NCBI GenBank assembly: GCA_012516665.1 | Contig: JAAYWN010000117.1 | Location: forward strand, 1-51,459 | DNA length: 51,459 bases | From: Erysipelotrichaceae bacterium | Lineage (GTDB): Bacteria > Bacillota_I > Bacilli_A > Erysipelotrichales > Erysipelotrichaceae | Direction of reading: 5' to 3' | Part shown: positions 40,578 to 50,278 of the stretch, piece by piece | Layout: every line of letters starts with the position of its first letter | How positions within the stretch are numbered: the stretch's first letter is position 1 | The notes under the pieces: model-generated | Databases searched by the model: none | The model's input: the letters and a program-made list of their open reading frames with translations, nothing else | What the model was told of the DNA's origin: nothing | Program-made: the position numbers and the translations under genes

Positions 40578-43127
40578 ATGAATCCAGAAATGATGACAGA
40601 AGCACTGCAGCAGATCATTGCATCTGCTTTTACCAAAGCACAGCAGAATCATAACAGTGAACTCGCACCGGAGCACATATTGGATGCGATCATTGAAGAC
40701 ACTGGTGTGGATGGGATCTGGCAGCGCTTAGGAGTTTCTAAAAATGAAATATTGATCATCGTCGAGAAAGCTCTGTCAGAGATGGCGAGTGTTTCTTCTA
40801 ATACGGAACCTGCGATGAGCAGATACGTATCCTATGCCTATCAGAATGCATTGGACTACATGAAAAAGAAAGATGATAAGTACATGTCAGTCGCTGCACT
40901 TCTGATTGGTCTGTTTGAAACAGATGCTTCGATCATTCAGGAGATCAAAGAGAAGTTCCATTTTGATGCTAAGAAAATGATCCAGGCAGAAGAAGACAGA
41001 AGAGGAGGGATGAAGATGGATGATCAGGGCAATGAAGCACAGCTCGATGCTTTGAAGAAATACGGGCATGATCTTGTACAGGAAGTCAAAGACGGCAAGA
41101 TCGATCCAGTTATTGGCAGAGATGATGAGATCCGCCGTGTCATTGAGATCCTTTCCCGCAAGACAAAGAACAATCCAGTATTGATCGGTGAACCGGGCGT
41201 TGGCAAGACCGCTATTGTTGAGGGACTTGCTTGGCGCATTATGCGCGGCGATGTTCCATTAGGTCTAAAAGATAAAAAAGTCATTGAACTTGATATTGGC
41301 TCTTTGATCGCTGGTGCGAAATACAGGGGTGAATTTGAAGAGAGACTGAAGGGCGTCCTCAAAGCCGTGCAGAAAGCGGATGGGAATATCATTCTCTTTA
41401 TTGATGAGATCCACAATCTGGTCGGGGCCGGCAAGACCGAGGGCTCCATGGATGCAGCAAATCTGCTGAAGCCGATGCTGGCACGGGGCGAACTGAAATG
41501 CATTGGTGCGACAACGTTTGATGAATATCGGAAATATATTGAAAAAGATAAGGCTTTGGAAAGAAGATTTCAGAAGATCCAGGTCAGTGAACCGACCGTA
41601 GAAGATACGATTGCGATCCTGAGAGGATTGAAGGACCGCTTTGAGTCTTTTCATGGCGTGCAGATCAAGGATGAAGCTCTTATCGCTGCCGCCACTTTAT
41701 CAGATCGTTATATTACTGACCGGTTCCTGCCGGATAAAGCAATCGATCTGGTGGATGAGGCATGTGCCTGCATCCGTACAGAAATGGATTCCATGCCGAC
41801 AGAACTGGATGAACTGAAGCGGAAGATCATGACGCTGCAGATCGAACAGACTTCTTTAAAAGGTGAGAAAGATGCCAAGGCCAAGACTCGTTTGGCCGAG
41901 ATTGAAAAAGAATTGGCGACATTGAATGAGAAGCAGGAAGCACAGATGTCGCAATGGAATGCTGAAAAGAAGCAGATGACATCGATCAAGGATGCCAAAG
42001 AGAAACTGGAGAAAGCAAAGCTTGATCTGGAACAGGCACAGAATCATGCCGATTATGAGAAAGCTGCAAAGCTTCAGTATGGTACGATCCCGGCATTGCA
42101 GAAACAGATCGAAGATGCAGATAAGAATCAATCGCATATGATCCAGCAGATCGTAGATCAGGATATGATCGCAAAGATCGTTTCCCGCTGGACACATATC
42201 GAAGTGAGCCGTCTGCAGAGTACAGAAAGACAGAAGATCCTGCATCTGCATGAAGCTTTGGCAAAGAGAGTCATGGGACAGGATGAGGCCCTGCAATTGG
42301 TCAGTGATGCGATCATGCGCTCCAAGGCCAATATCCAGGATGAGAACCGTCCGTTAGGATCCTTCTTATTTCTTGGCCCGACTGGTGTTGGAAAAACGGA
42401 AGTCGCGAAAGCTTTGGCTCGGCAGCTGTTTGATGATGAATCGAAGATCGTCAGGATCGATATGTCGGAATACATGGAGAAGTTCTCTGTGTCACGGCTG
42501 ATCGGAGCGCCTCCAGGATATGTAGGCTATGAAGAAGGAGGACAGCTGACGGAAGCCGTCAGAAGAAATCCTTACAGCATTGTCCTGCTGGATGAGATTG
42601 AAAAAGCACATCCGGATGTCTTCAATATCCTGCTGCAGATCCTGGATGATGGCAGGATCACAGATTCCAAGGGAGTTGTGGTCGATTTCAAAAATACGAT
42701 CATCATCATGACCAGCAATCTTGGATCGCAGTATGCTTTCGATGAGGATCCAAAAACCAGAGCAGCGCACTATGAAGAAGAAGTGCACAAGTTCTTCAAA
42801 CCGGAACTGATCAATCGTATTGATGAGATCATTGTCTTCAATGCGTTAGGCATTGAAGTGCAGAGGAAGATTGCAGATAAGTTCCTGGATCTTCTGAAGG
42901 CAAGATTGGCTGAAAGAGACATCAAGCTGGAAGTGACAGCGAAGGCAAAAGACAGGATCATAGCCTGCGGTGTAGATCCGCAATACGGTGCCCGTCCGAT
43001 GCGGCGCCATATCCAGCGTGAGATTGAAACAGAAGTTGCAAAGGTCATTTTGGCAGAACCAGATATTGCTAATAAAACAATTGTGGTGGATGCAGATGAT
43101 CAGAAGTATCTTGTTTCAGTAAAATAA
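40578..43127 (+). CDS. clpB: ATP-dependent disaggregase ClpB
   Basis: Two AAA+ modules ([16 protein letters not shown]), [12 protein letters not shown], long coiled-coil middle domain with [17 protein letters not shown]. Confidence 0.93.
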   Translation: MNPEMMTEALQQIIASAFTKAQQNHNSELAPEHILDAIIEDTGVDGIWQRLGVSKNEILIIVEKALSEMASVSSNTEPAMSRYVSYAYQNALDYMKKKDDKYMSVAALLIGLFETDASIIQEIKEKFHFDAKKMIQAEEDRRGGMKMDDQGNEAQLDALKKYGHDLVQEVKDGKIDPVIGRDDEIRRVIEILSRKTKNNPVLIGEPGVGKTAIVEGLAWRIMRGDVPLGLKDKKVIELDIGSLIAGAKYRGEFEERLKGVLKAVQKADGNIILFIDEIHNLVGAGKTEGSMDAANLLKPMLARGELKCIGATTFDEYRKYIEKDKALERRFQKIQVSEPTVEDTIAILRGLKDRFESFHGVQIKDEALIAAATLSDRYITDRFLPDKAIDLVDEACACIRTEMDSMPTELDELKRKIMTLQIEQTSLKGEKDAKAKTRLAEIEKELATLNEKQEAQMSQWNAEKKQMTSIKDAKEKLEKAKLDLEQAQNHADYEKAAKLQYGTIPALQKQIEDADKNQSHMIQQIVDQDMIAKIVSRWTHIEVSRLQSTERQKILHLHEALAKRVMGQDEALQLVSDAIMRSKANIQDENRPLGSFLFLGPTGVGKTEVAKALARQLFDDESKIVRIDMSEYMEKFSVSRLIGAPPGYVGYEEGGQLTEAVRRNPYSIVLLDEIEKAHPDVFNILLQILDDGRITDSKGVVVDFKNTIIIMTSNLGSQYAFDEDPKTRAAHYEEEVHKFFKPELINRIDEIIVFNALGIEVQRKIADKFLDLLKARLAERDIKLEVTAKAKDRIIACGVDPQYGARPMRRHIQREIETEVAKVILAEPDIANKTIVVDADDQKYLVSVK

Positions 43128-43131
43128 AAGG

Positions 43132-43174
43132 AAGAATGCAGATGCTATGGTAAAATAGTGTCTGTATTCTTTTT
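43132..43174 (+). terminator. Long hairpin after clpB with an extended -10 in its loop
   Basis: AAGAATGCAGATGCTAT (43132-43148) pairs with ATAGTGTCTGTATTCTT (43155-43171), followed by TTT. TGgTAAAAT spans 43148-43156. Confidence 0.65.
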
Positions 43175-43183
43175 ATAGGAGGC

Positions 43184-43816
43184 ATGATGGCAAGACAGTA
43201 TTGGAAGCCGGCAAATCTTCTGAATCCTGTACCGGCAGTATTGATCAGCTGTGCTGATGAAAATGGAAAGCCAAATGTAATGACAGCAGCGTGGTGCGGT
43301 ACAGTTTGCTCGGATCCGGTGATGATCTCGGTATCGATCCGCAAGAATCGCTATTCACATGACATTATTGAAAGGACCGGCGAGTTCGTGGCTAATCTGA
43401 CCGATGAGAAATTGGTGAAGGCGGCAGATTATGTTGGCGTCGTCACAGGTGCTAAAGTAAATAAATTTGATTTGAAGGGAGATCTCCACCTGAGTGCGGA
43501 ACCGGCAAAGATCGTGCATGCGCCCTGCATTGCCGAAAGCCCGCTTTGTCTGGAGTGCCGTGTAAAGCAGGTCATTGAACTAGGCTCGCATGATATGTTC
43601 ATTGCGGAAGTAGTCAGTACGGATGTCGATGAATCTCTGCTGGATGAAACAGGAAGACTGAATCTAGAAAAGGCACATCTCATTGCTTACAACCATGGGG
43701 AATACTATGCGCTTGGAAGAAAGCTTGGGAGCTTCGGCTATTCCGTCAAGAAAGCAAGTACGATCAAAAGAGAAAGAGCCGCAAAGGCAAATCAGAAAAA
43801 GAAAAGAAAGGCATGA
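43184..43816 (+). CDS. Flavin reductase-like (flavoredoxin family) protein
   Basis: PVPAVLISC, NVMTAAW, GEFVAN, APCIAESPLCLECRV, LGSHDMFIAEV. Start is 43184 or 43187. Confidence 0.9.
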   Translation: MMARQYWKPANLLNPVPAVLISCADENGKPNVMTAAWCGTVCSDPVMISVSIRKNRYSHDIIERTGEFVANLTDEKLVKAADYVGVVTGAKVNKFDLKGDLHLSAEPAKIVHAPCIAESPLCLECRVKQVIELGSHDMFIAEVVSTDVDESLLDETGRLNLEKAHLIAYNHGEYYALGRKLGSFGYSVKKASTIKRERAAKANQKKKRKA

Positions 43817-43831
43817 TCCTTTCTACTTTTT
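43800..43831. terminator. Compact bidirectional terminator overlapping both convergent stop codons
   Basis: AGAAAGG-CATGAT-CCTTTCT (43805-43824), A-rich on the left and T-rich on the right. Confidence 0.5.
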
Positions 43832-44647
43832 AAGAAGATGTTTCTGCAGCCATTTGGCACAGCCATCTTCAATATTCGGACGGGCAATGGAAGTTGCCTG
43901 TTTTTTTAATGAACGCATGGCATTGGCCATTGCGACTCTGGTACCGCATTCTGCAAACATGGATAGATCATTTTCACCATCACCGAAGGCGGCACATTCT
44001 TCCGGTTCCAGATGATCCATAGCCATGATCTTCCTGATGGCACTTCCTTTGGAAACGCCAAGGTGACCGATCTCCAGCCAGCTGTTATTGACAAAGAAAC
44101 AGGAGAAGCGGGAAGCGTCGATCTTCGCTATGAATTTCCTCAGGGTCCAGGGAAAACCGCAGAAGCATAATTTGGCTATTTTCTGATCTTTGATCATATC
44201 GCAGTCATAGGATACTTCCTGATCGTAATTCGGCTGATGTGCAAGCTTATGCCGCAGATCATTCAGATCCTGATACAGATGGACAAAGGAAGCATGGCTT
44301 TCATCTGCCAGATAATACCCCTGATCATTGATAGAACAATGCATCAGCATACGGTATTTTTTTAAATAGGCGGCCAGATATGTTTTCTCTTCTTCGCTCA
44401 GCAGCGGCTGATACAGATGTCGGTCTTCTTTTTTGATATAGATCTCCTGCCCATTCAGACAAGAGGCATAGTCATAGCAGTCTTCCGGGATGATGCCGGC
44501 AACAGAATACAGCGGTCGTCCGGAAGAAATGGTGACCGTGATTCCTTTTTTTCGCAGTTTTCGCAATGTATCGGCAGCTTCTTCGGAGAGGACACCGAAC
44601 GAAGATAAGAGAGTTCCATCAAGATCCAGAGCAACAAGTTTGATCAT
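43823..44647 (-). CDS. Cof-type HAD-IIB family hydrolase
   Basis: ALDLDGTLL, SSGR, NG, VSKG, FGDGENDLSM, AMANA. Start at ATG 44647. Confidence 0.92.
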   Translation of the reverse strand: MIKLVALDLDGTLLSSFGVLSEEAADTLRKLRKKGITVTISSGRPLYSVAGIIPEDCYDYASCLNGQEIYIKKEDRHLYQPLLSEEEKTYLAAYLKKYRMLMHCSINDQGYYLADESHASFVHLYQDLNDLRHKLAHQPNYDQEVSYDCDMIKDQKIAKLCFCGFPWTLRKFIAKIDASRFSCFFVNNSWLEIGHLGVSKGSAIRKIMAMDHLEPEECAAFGDGENDLSMFAECGTRVAMANAMRSLKKQATSIARPNIEDGCAKWLQKHLLKK

Positions 44648-44654
44648 GATGCCT

Positions 44655-44696
44655 ATTGTAAAGGCTGTGTCTCTCAAAGGCAAGCTATGATATAAT
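44655..44696. promoter_or_regulatory. Overlapping divergent promoters
   Basis: Minus strand: TTGCCT (44683-44678), 17 bp, TACAAT (44660-44655). Plus strand: TGaTATAAT (44688-44696). Confidence 0.6.
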
Positions 44697-44727
44697 AAAT
44701 AAGCTTTTGAGCTGAGGGAGTGCTTGT

Positions 44728-45228
44728 ATGAATGATTATCTGAATGTAGCAGTAACTGTGATATTTGTAGTTCTATCCTTAATGATGATGTTCCGCTGGA
44801 CCAAGCTTCATGGCAAGGTCATGATCCAGGATCAGCAATGGTCAACATTGCGCATGATCTTCTTGGCTTTAGGTATACTGAGCGTCTTTTCTTTATTCAT
44901 GACAGAAGGAAATACTGTTTATGACTACTGCCGTATTGTTGCGACGATCATTGCCGTCACTGTTTATATGGCATGCCGCGATGGGGTCGGAGAAGAAGGA
45001 CTGATTGCCGGTGGGAAACTGTTCCCATGGTCGGAAGTGAAAGCTTGGGACTATGAAGAGCGCAGCAAAGTTGTTGCCGTCTATTTCCAAGTAGAGTCGC
45101 AGAATGAGAAAAAACCGGATGCCTATACAACGAAGGAACTGGATTTTGCCAAGACGGATAAATATAATCTGATGAAGTTCATGAATATGAATCTCAGCCG
45201 CAAATATACAAGAATGAAGAGAAAGTGA
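44728..45228 (+). CDS. Membrane protein, probably with a DUF5673/bacterial PH-like C-terminal domain
   Basis: About three TM segments, then GVGEEGL...FPWSEVKAWDY and a basic tail. GGGAG RBS. The family call is tentative. Confidence 0.65.
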   Translation: MNDYLNVAVTVIFVVLSLMMMFRWTKLHGKVMIQDQQWSTLRMIFLALGILSVFSLFMTEGNTVYDYCRIVATIIAVTVYMACRDGVGEEGLIAGGKLFPWSEVKAWDYEERSKVVAVYFQVESQNEKKPDAYTTKELDFAKTDKYNLMKFMNMNLSRKYTRMKRK

Positions 45229-45242
45229 AATTTCTCTTTTTT
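45217..45242 (+). terminator. Probable intrinsic terminator overlapping the stop codon
   Basis: AAGAGAAA-GTGAAA-TTTCTCTT followed by TTTT. Confidence 0.5.
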
Positions 45243-45394
45243 TATTTAGACTGAGCAATACTTTCACTTGTTTCTTTCTGCAAATGCAATACAATTTTCT
45301 TAGATAAGGATTTTCATCATTAAGCAATCAAAGAATAATTGCGGCAGAGAAAAGACAAAGGGGCCCATCGGAAAGATCGTGGGAGAGGTAAAGT

Positions 45395-47266
45395 ATGTAT
45401 AAGATCTTATTCTTGACCTTTGATTGGAATTACAATATTGCAAATGAGTATAACAGCGGCATCCAGAAATTTGTGCAGGATCATACGGATACGAATGTGT
45501 ATGTATTCAATGGCATGGGCAAGTATAACAAAGTGGAGGCGGAGATTCGCAACTTTGAGATCTTCAATGTGCCGGCATTGGAACAGTATGACGGTGTTGC
45601 TCTGCAGGGAAATGTATCCTGGCCGATTGAAAAGAGGCAGATGATTGCCAATCAATGCCATGAAAGAGGGATTCCGTGCGTCTCTATTAATTATCCGCTG
45701 CAGAACTGTACTTATATCGGTACGGATAATTATGAAGCAATGGCGAAGATGGTGACGCATCTGATATTGATCCATGGGTCTCGGCGGCCTTATTTCATTA
45801 CGGGATTGGCAAAGAGCCAAGAAGCGATCGATCGCCGTCGGGCTTTTACGGATGTCTGTGCGCGCTATGGGATACATAAGTACAGGATCTTTGAAGGAGA
45901 TTGGAATGTGCAAAGCGGTGCTTCTGCGGCTGAAAGCATACTGCAGGAAGATCATCTGCCGGATGCTTTGGTATGTTCCAACGATGATGAAGCAATCGGG
46001 GCGATGGATGTTTTGAAAAAGCATGGCATTCAGATACCGCAGGATATTCTGGTCACTGGTTTCGACAACCGTGATATCGGCATTGCCTATGTGCCGCGGC
46101 TGACCACTGTTTCACGCGATTATGCAACGATCCTGTATACCGGCATGGATGCTCTGTATCGCATGTTCCATGGCGAAAAAATGAATGAGAGCATCTACAG
46201 CCCGGCTGAAATGAAATATGAAGGAACCTGCGGATGCTGCAGGGAAAAGAATGATGATCGGCAGTTCAAACAGATGTACTATGACATGGATAATTCCTTT
46301 AAGAAGTATTTTATGTTGCAGAATTATCTTCATGAGGATATGGCAAAGAGTGCATCCATTGAAGATCTGATGTCGGCTTTTGAAAAGCATTTGGATGCAA
46401 TGCAGCTGAACACAGCTTATCTGATGATCGATAAGCAGTATCTGTTCCGGTACGACAGTGAAGATGATAATTACCACTATTCACATTCTGCTGTTATGAT
46501 GGCGAGCAACCATCCTGATCGCGGTGAGCCTGAAAAAAGAAATCATTTCTATGATTCTATTTCTACATCTGAAGTAATTCCTGCACGGTTCGAAAAGCAG
46601 GGCGGTATGTTATATTTGATCTATCCCGTAAAGAGCACGGAAAGCTGTATCGGCTGGCTGGTGAGCGAAGGCATCTGCACAGCCGATCAATATAATACGA
46701 TCCAGATGATCTTATTGCTGCTGGCTACAGATATAGAGATCGTCAGAAAGAGCGCCATTCTGAAACATATGAATATGCAGCTCGGCAATCTTTATCTGAC
46801 AGACCAGCTGACGGGCCTGTACAATCGTTTTGGCATGGAACATTATGGCAAATCATTCTTTGAACAATGCATGTCAGCCCATCAGCATTCTTGGATCTGT
46901 TTTATTGATATTGATGATATGAAAGCAATCAATGATCGTTTTGGCCATGAACTTGGCGATACTGCATTGAAAGACGCTGCTGGGATCATCAAAGAAGCAG
47001 TGAAGGAAATAAAAGCATTTGCGATGCGATATGGCGGTGATGAATTCCTGATCATCAGTGAAGAATCCGTTAAAGATAGGATCAGAAGTGCATTGATCCG
47101 CTATCATGAAAATGAAAAGAGAATGTATTATCTCGGTCTCAGTGTAGGAGAATACAAAGTCCATCATGATTTTGAGAGCCTGAATGCATGTATTGAACGT
47201 GCCGATGAGAATATGTATGAAATGAAAAAGAAAAAGAAAGAGGCGGCATCAAGAAAACATCTGTAG
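45395..47266 (+). CDS. Diguanylate cyclase with an N-terminal LacI-type (PBP1) ligand-binding domain
   Basis: N-terminal part: GTDNY, PDALVCSNDDEAIG, IPQDILVTGFD, LTTV, GTCGC. C-terminal part: DQLTGLYNR, DIDDMKAINDRFGHELGD, RYGGDEF, ADENMY. Confidence 0.9.
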   Translation: MYKILFLTFDWNYNIANEYNSGIQKFVQDHTDTNVYVFNGMGKYNKVEAEIRNFEIFNVPALEQYDGVALQGNVSWPIEKRQMIANQCHERGIPCVSINYPLQNCTYIGTDNYEAMAKMVTHLILIHGSRRPYFITGLAKSQEAIDRRRAFTDVCARYGIHKYRIFEGDWNVQSGASAAESILQEDHLPDALVCSNDDEAIGAMDVLKKHGIQIPQDILVTGFDNRDIGIAYVPRLTTVSRDYATILYTGMDALYRMFHGEKMNESIYSPAEMKYEGTCGCCREKNDDRQFKQMYYDMDNSFKKYFMLQNYLHEDMAKSASIEDLMSAFEKHLDAMQLNTAYLMIDKQYLFRYDSEDDNYHYSHSAVMMASNHPDRGEPEKRNHFYDSISTSEVIPARFEKQGGMLYLIYPVKSTESCIGWLVSEGICTADQYNTIQMILLLLATDIEIVRKSAILKHMNMQLGNLYLTDQLTGLYNRFGMEHYGKSFFEQCMSAHQHSWICFIDIDDMKAINDRFGHELGDTALKDAAGIIKEAVKEIKAFAMRYGGDEFLIISEESVKDRIRSALIRYHENEKRMYYLGLSVGEYKVHHDFESLNACIERADENMYEMKKKKKEAASRKHL

Positions 47267-47293
47267 AGAGCTCTCGCAAGAGAGTTTTCTTTT
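47265..47293 (+). terminator. Intrinsic terminator after the GGDEF gene
   Basis: AGAGAGCTCTC-GCAA-GAGAGTTTTCT followed by TTT. Confidence 0.75.
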
Positions 47294-47307
47294 GACAAAG
47301 AAGTACA

Positions 47308-47336
47308 TTGACAATCAAATGAACGAATTATAGAAT
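47308..47336 (+). promoter_or_regulatory. Sigma-A promoter of the NAD salvage operon
   Basis: TTGACA (47308-47313), 17 bp, TAGAAT (47331-47336). Confidence 0.85.
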
Positions 47337-47340
47337 ATTG

Positions 47341-47357
47341 ATAGTCAAAATGACTAT
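47341..47357 (+). promoter_or_regulatory. NrtR operator
   Basis: Perfect palindrome ATAGTCA-AAA-TGACTAT with the GT-N7-AC core typical of NrtR boxes. It covers the expected transcription start directly upstream of nrtR. Confidence 0.85.
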
Positions 47358-47364
47358 GAGGCAT

Positions 47365-48228
47365 ATGATGGATGAAGTAAATAAAGAGGGCGAGACACTG
47401 CAGCAGTTCCTTGCTCACTATGATGAAACGAAATACCGCAGACCGAGCAACACGGTCGATATGATCCTGATGACAGTGTATGAAGGAAAGCTCAAGATCT
47501 TATTGGTAAAAAGAGGAAATCATCCTTTCCTTCATGATTGGGCACTGCCGGGAGGCTTTGTGAATTTTGAAGAAGATCTGGATGATGCTGTAGAAAGAGA
47601 ACTTGCGGAAGAAACGCATATAACAAAGCATACGTATTTCCGGCAGCTGTATACGCTTGGCAATGCGGATCGCGATCCAAGAACAAGGATCATTTCCACT
47701 GTCTATCTGTCATTGACACCGGAAGAGAATATCAAAGATACCAAAGCGGGTGATGATGCGGCTGATACGGCATGGTTCACGATCTCGAAAGTGACGGAGA
47801 AGACCGATGAAAAAGGAAGGACTTCTCTGCTGACCTTGGAAGAGGAAGAACAGGGGATCCGCATGGAATATCGGATCTATGATAAAGCAATGCATAATTA
47901 TATTGAGACCAGATCCATAAAACAGAAGAGCTCCAATGTACAGCTGGCCGCTGATCATATCAAAGCCATCAACATGGCTATGGATACCGTGCAGAACAGA
48001 GCTGCTTCGACTGGCATTCTCTTCAATCTGCTGCCGAAAGAATGCACGATGAGACAGATGCAGAATGCATATGAAGCTGTGATCGGCCATAAGACAGATA
48101 CTGGAAATTTCCGGCGGGATATCAAAAGAATGCTGATTGATACCGGAAAGAAAAAGAAAGTGTCCGGTAAGATGGCAAGATTGTATACGTTCAACCCGAT
48201 GTTTGCGTTTCTGGAGGAGAACCTATGA
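47365..48228 (+). CDS. nrtR: Nudix-related transcriptional regulator NrtR
   Basis: WALPGGF, Nudix box ...ERELAEET, RDPRTR, DH, and C-terminal wHTH motifs NFRR...ARLY. Start 47365 or 47368 after GAGG; the ORF-track start at 47338 lies upstream of the inferred transcription start. Confidence 0.88.
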   Translation: MMDEVNKEGETLQQFLAHYDETKYRRPSNTVDMILMTVYEGKLKILLVKRGNHPFLHDWALPGGFVNFEEDLDDAVERELAEETHITKHTYFRQLYTLGNADRDPRTRIISTVYLSLTPEENIKDTKAGDDAADTAWFTISKVTEKTDEKGRTSLLTLEEEEQGIRMEYRIYDKAMHNYIETRSIKQKSSNVQLAADHIKAINMAMDTVQNRAASTGILFNLLPKECTMRQMQNAYEAVIGHKTDTGNFRRDIKRMLIDTGKKKKVSGKMARLYTFNPMFAFLEENL

Positions 48229-48743
48229 AAAAAGTATTGATTGCAGTAGATCTGCAGAATGATTTCGTGGATGGCTCCTTGGGCACCAAAGAGGCATTGG
48301 AAATTATACCGCGGGCGGTACAGGAGATTGAAAATCCAGCATATGATCTGGTCATAGCAACATTGGACACGCATACGAAAAGATATTTGAGCACAGTGGA
48401 AGGAAAGTATCTTCCTGTGGAGCACTGTATCAAAGGGATGAAGGGATGGATGCTGGAACCGAGAATTGAAAGGGCACTACAGCAGCGGCATGCCTCCTAT
48501 ATTGAAAAGCCGACATTTGGATCAGAAACCTTGGTGAAGCAGATGAAAGAACTGCAGCCGGATGAGATTGCATTGATGGGACTGTGCACAGATATCTGTG
48601 TTGTGTCCAATGCGCTGATGCTGCGTGCAGCTTTGCCGAACACACCGATCTATGTTATCGCTGATGCATGCGCAGGTGTGACCAAAGAGAAACATGAAGC
48701 AGCGCTTAAAGTACTGGCAAGCTGCCAGATCGAGATACAGTAA
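48225..48743 (+). CDS. pncA: Nicotinamidase (cysteine hydrolase family)
   Basis: VDLQNDFVDGSL, LDTH, HC, K, GLCTDICV; NAD operon context. Confidence 0.88.
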   Translation: MKKVLIAVDLQNDFVDGSLGTKEALEIIPRAVQEIENPAYDLVIATLDTHTKRYLSTVEGKYLPVEHCIKGMKGWMLEPRIERALQQRHASYIEKPTFGSETLVKQMKELQPDEIALMGLCTDICVVSNALMLRAALPNTPIYVIADACAGVTKEKHEAALKVLASCQIEIQ

Positions 48744-48760
48744 AGAAAAGGAGCCCATAT

Positions 48761-50278
48761 ATGAGCACAATTAAAGCAGAACCTTATATTCCTGATGAAG
48801 ACTACGACAATCCTGCCATGGTCACTGATTTCTATGAATTTACCATGGCCAACTGTTTATTCATGCATGGCTTTAAAGATAAGGTCATGGTCTTTAACAT
48901 GTTCTATCGTGAGAATCCTGATAAGCAGGGATATGCAATAAGCTGCGGTCAGCATCAATTGATCAAGTTCTTAAGAGAATATCATTTTACAGAAAGAGAC
49001 TTAGTCTATCTGAGAACGAAAGGCATGTCAGAAGAATTCTGCAGCTACCTTGGCACGTATCAATGGAAGGGATCTGTCTATGCTCTGAAGGAAGGGACGA
49101 TCTGCTATCCGCAGGTGCCAATGGTACGTATTGAATGCGATATGGTCGGCGCGATCCTGATCGAGACGTATCTTCTGCAGACAATGAACTTTCATTCACT
49201 GATTGCGACCAAAGCAACAAAGATCTCGGGCCTTGCAACACATACGCCGCGATCTGTTATGGAGTTCGGTACCCGCAGAGCACAGGGCGAGTCTGCTGGC
49301 AATGAGGGCGCATATGCAGCAGTGCTGGGCGGATGTGTCGGTACAGCGGACTGCTTGGCCGAAATGAAGTATGGATCTGATGTCAAGGCAGTCGGGACGA
49401 TCGCCCATTCTTTCATTGAATTCTATGAAGATGAATTCGAAGCATTTAAAGCATATGCCGAGACATATCCGGAGAATGTATCGCTCTTATTGGATACGTA
49501 TAATATCCTGGATTCCGGTCTGCCGAATCTGTTGAAATTGGATGATTATCTGATCCAGAAATATCCGAATGATCCGAATAAGCGTGTAAAATCTGCTCGC
49601 ATTGATTCCGGCGACCTTGCCCGCGGCTATAAGAAACTGAGAAAAGCATTGGACGCAGCCGGCAAGCCATATGTAAAGCTGGTCGCTTCCAATTCTCTGG
49701 ATGCTAAGAAAATGGCAGATATGGAAGTATATGAAGGCGCAAAGTTTGATTCCTATGGCGTTGGAGAAAATCTGATCACCAGTGCATCAGATCCTGTCAT
49801 GGGCGGTGTTTATAAATTGGTCGCCGTAAAAGAAGAAGATGGTTCTTACGCATCGCGCATGAAGACGTCAGATTCTTCGACAAAGGCGATCATTCCTGGC
49901 AAGCTGATGGCATGGCGTGTCTTTGATGAAGATGGCATGGGTCAGTGCGATATCATCGGACTTGATCACGAAGAGATCAAAGCCGGGAAAGAGATCGTTG
50001 TCTATGATCTGAATCCGGATGCCTTCCATAAATCAAGAAAGATCATACCGCTGAAAGTGGAAAAGCTCTTAGTGCCATTTATGGAGAATGGAGATCTGGT
50101 CACGAAGATGCCTTCTATTGCAGAAAAGAAAGCATATATCAAAGATCAGCTGGAGAACCGGGTCTGGGAGTCTGAACTGCGTCCGGAAATGCCGCATCGC
50201 CATTATGTCGATCTGACGGAAGATCTATATAATCTGCGGGAAGATATGTATGAAAAACTGCATGGAGGAAGAATTTGA
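48761..50278 (+). CDS. pncB: Nicotinate phosphoribosyltransferase
   Basis: TDFYEFTM, EFGTRRAQ, GTIAHSF, LLDTY, RIDSGD, SNSLD, GGVYKL. Confidence 0.95.
   Translation: MSTIKAEPYIPDEDYDNPAMVTDFYEFTMANCLFMHGFKDKVMVFNMFYRENPDKQGYAISCGQHQLIKFLREYHFTERDLVYLRTKGMSEEFCSYLGTYQWKGSVYALKEGTICYPQVPMVRIECDMVGAILIETYLLQTMNFHSLIATKATKISGLATHTPRSVMEFGTRRAQGESAGNEGAYAAVLGGCVGTADCLAEMKYGSDVKAVGTIAHSFIEFYEDEFEAFKAYAETYPENVSLLLDTYNILDSGLPNLLKLDDYLIQKYPNDPNKRVKSARIDSGDLARGYKKLRKALDAAGKPYVKLVASNSLDAKKMADMEVYEGAKFDSYGVGENLITSASDPVMGGVYKLVAVKEEDGSYASRMKTSDSSTKAIIPGKLMAWRVFDEDGMGQCDIIGLDHEEIKAGKEIVVYDLNPDAFHKSRKIIPLKVEKLLVPFMENGDLVTKMPSIAEKKAYIKDQLENRVWESELRPEMPHRHYVDLTEDLYNLREDMYEKLHGGRI

Noticed and set aside
45229-45394. 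Possible c-di-GMP riboswitch upstream of the GGDEF gene
   Set aside because: I could not find the class I GGCAAA-C...GAAA...GACGCAAAGC pattern or a class II-like layout, only a weak hairpin near the SD. An Infernal scan would settle it.
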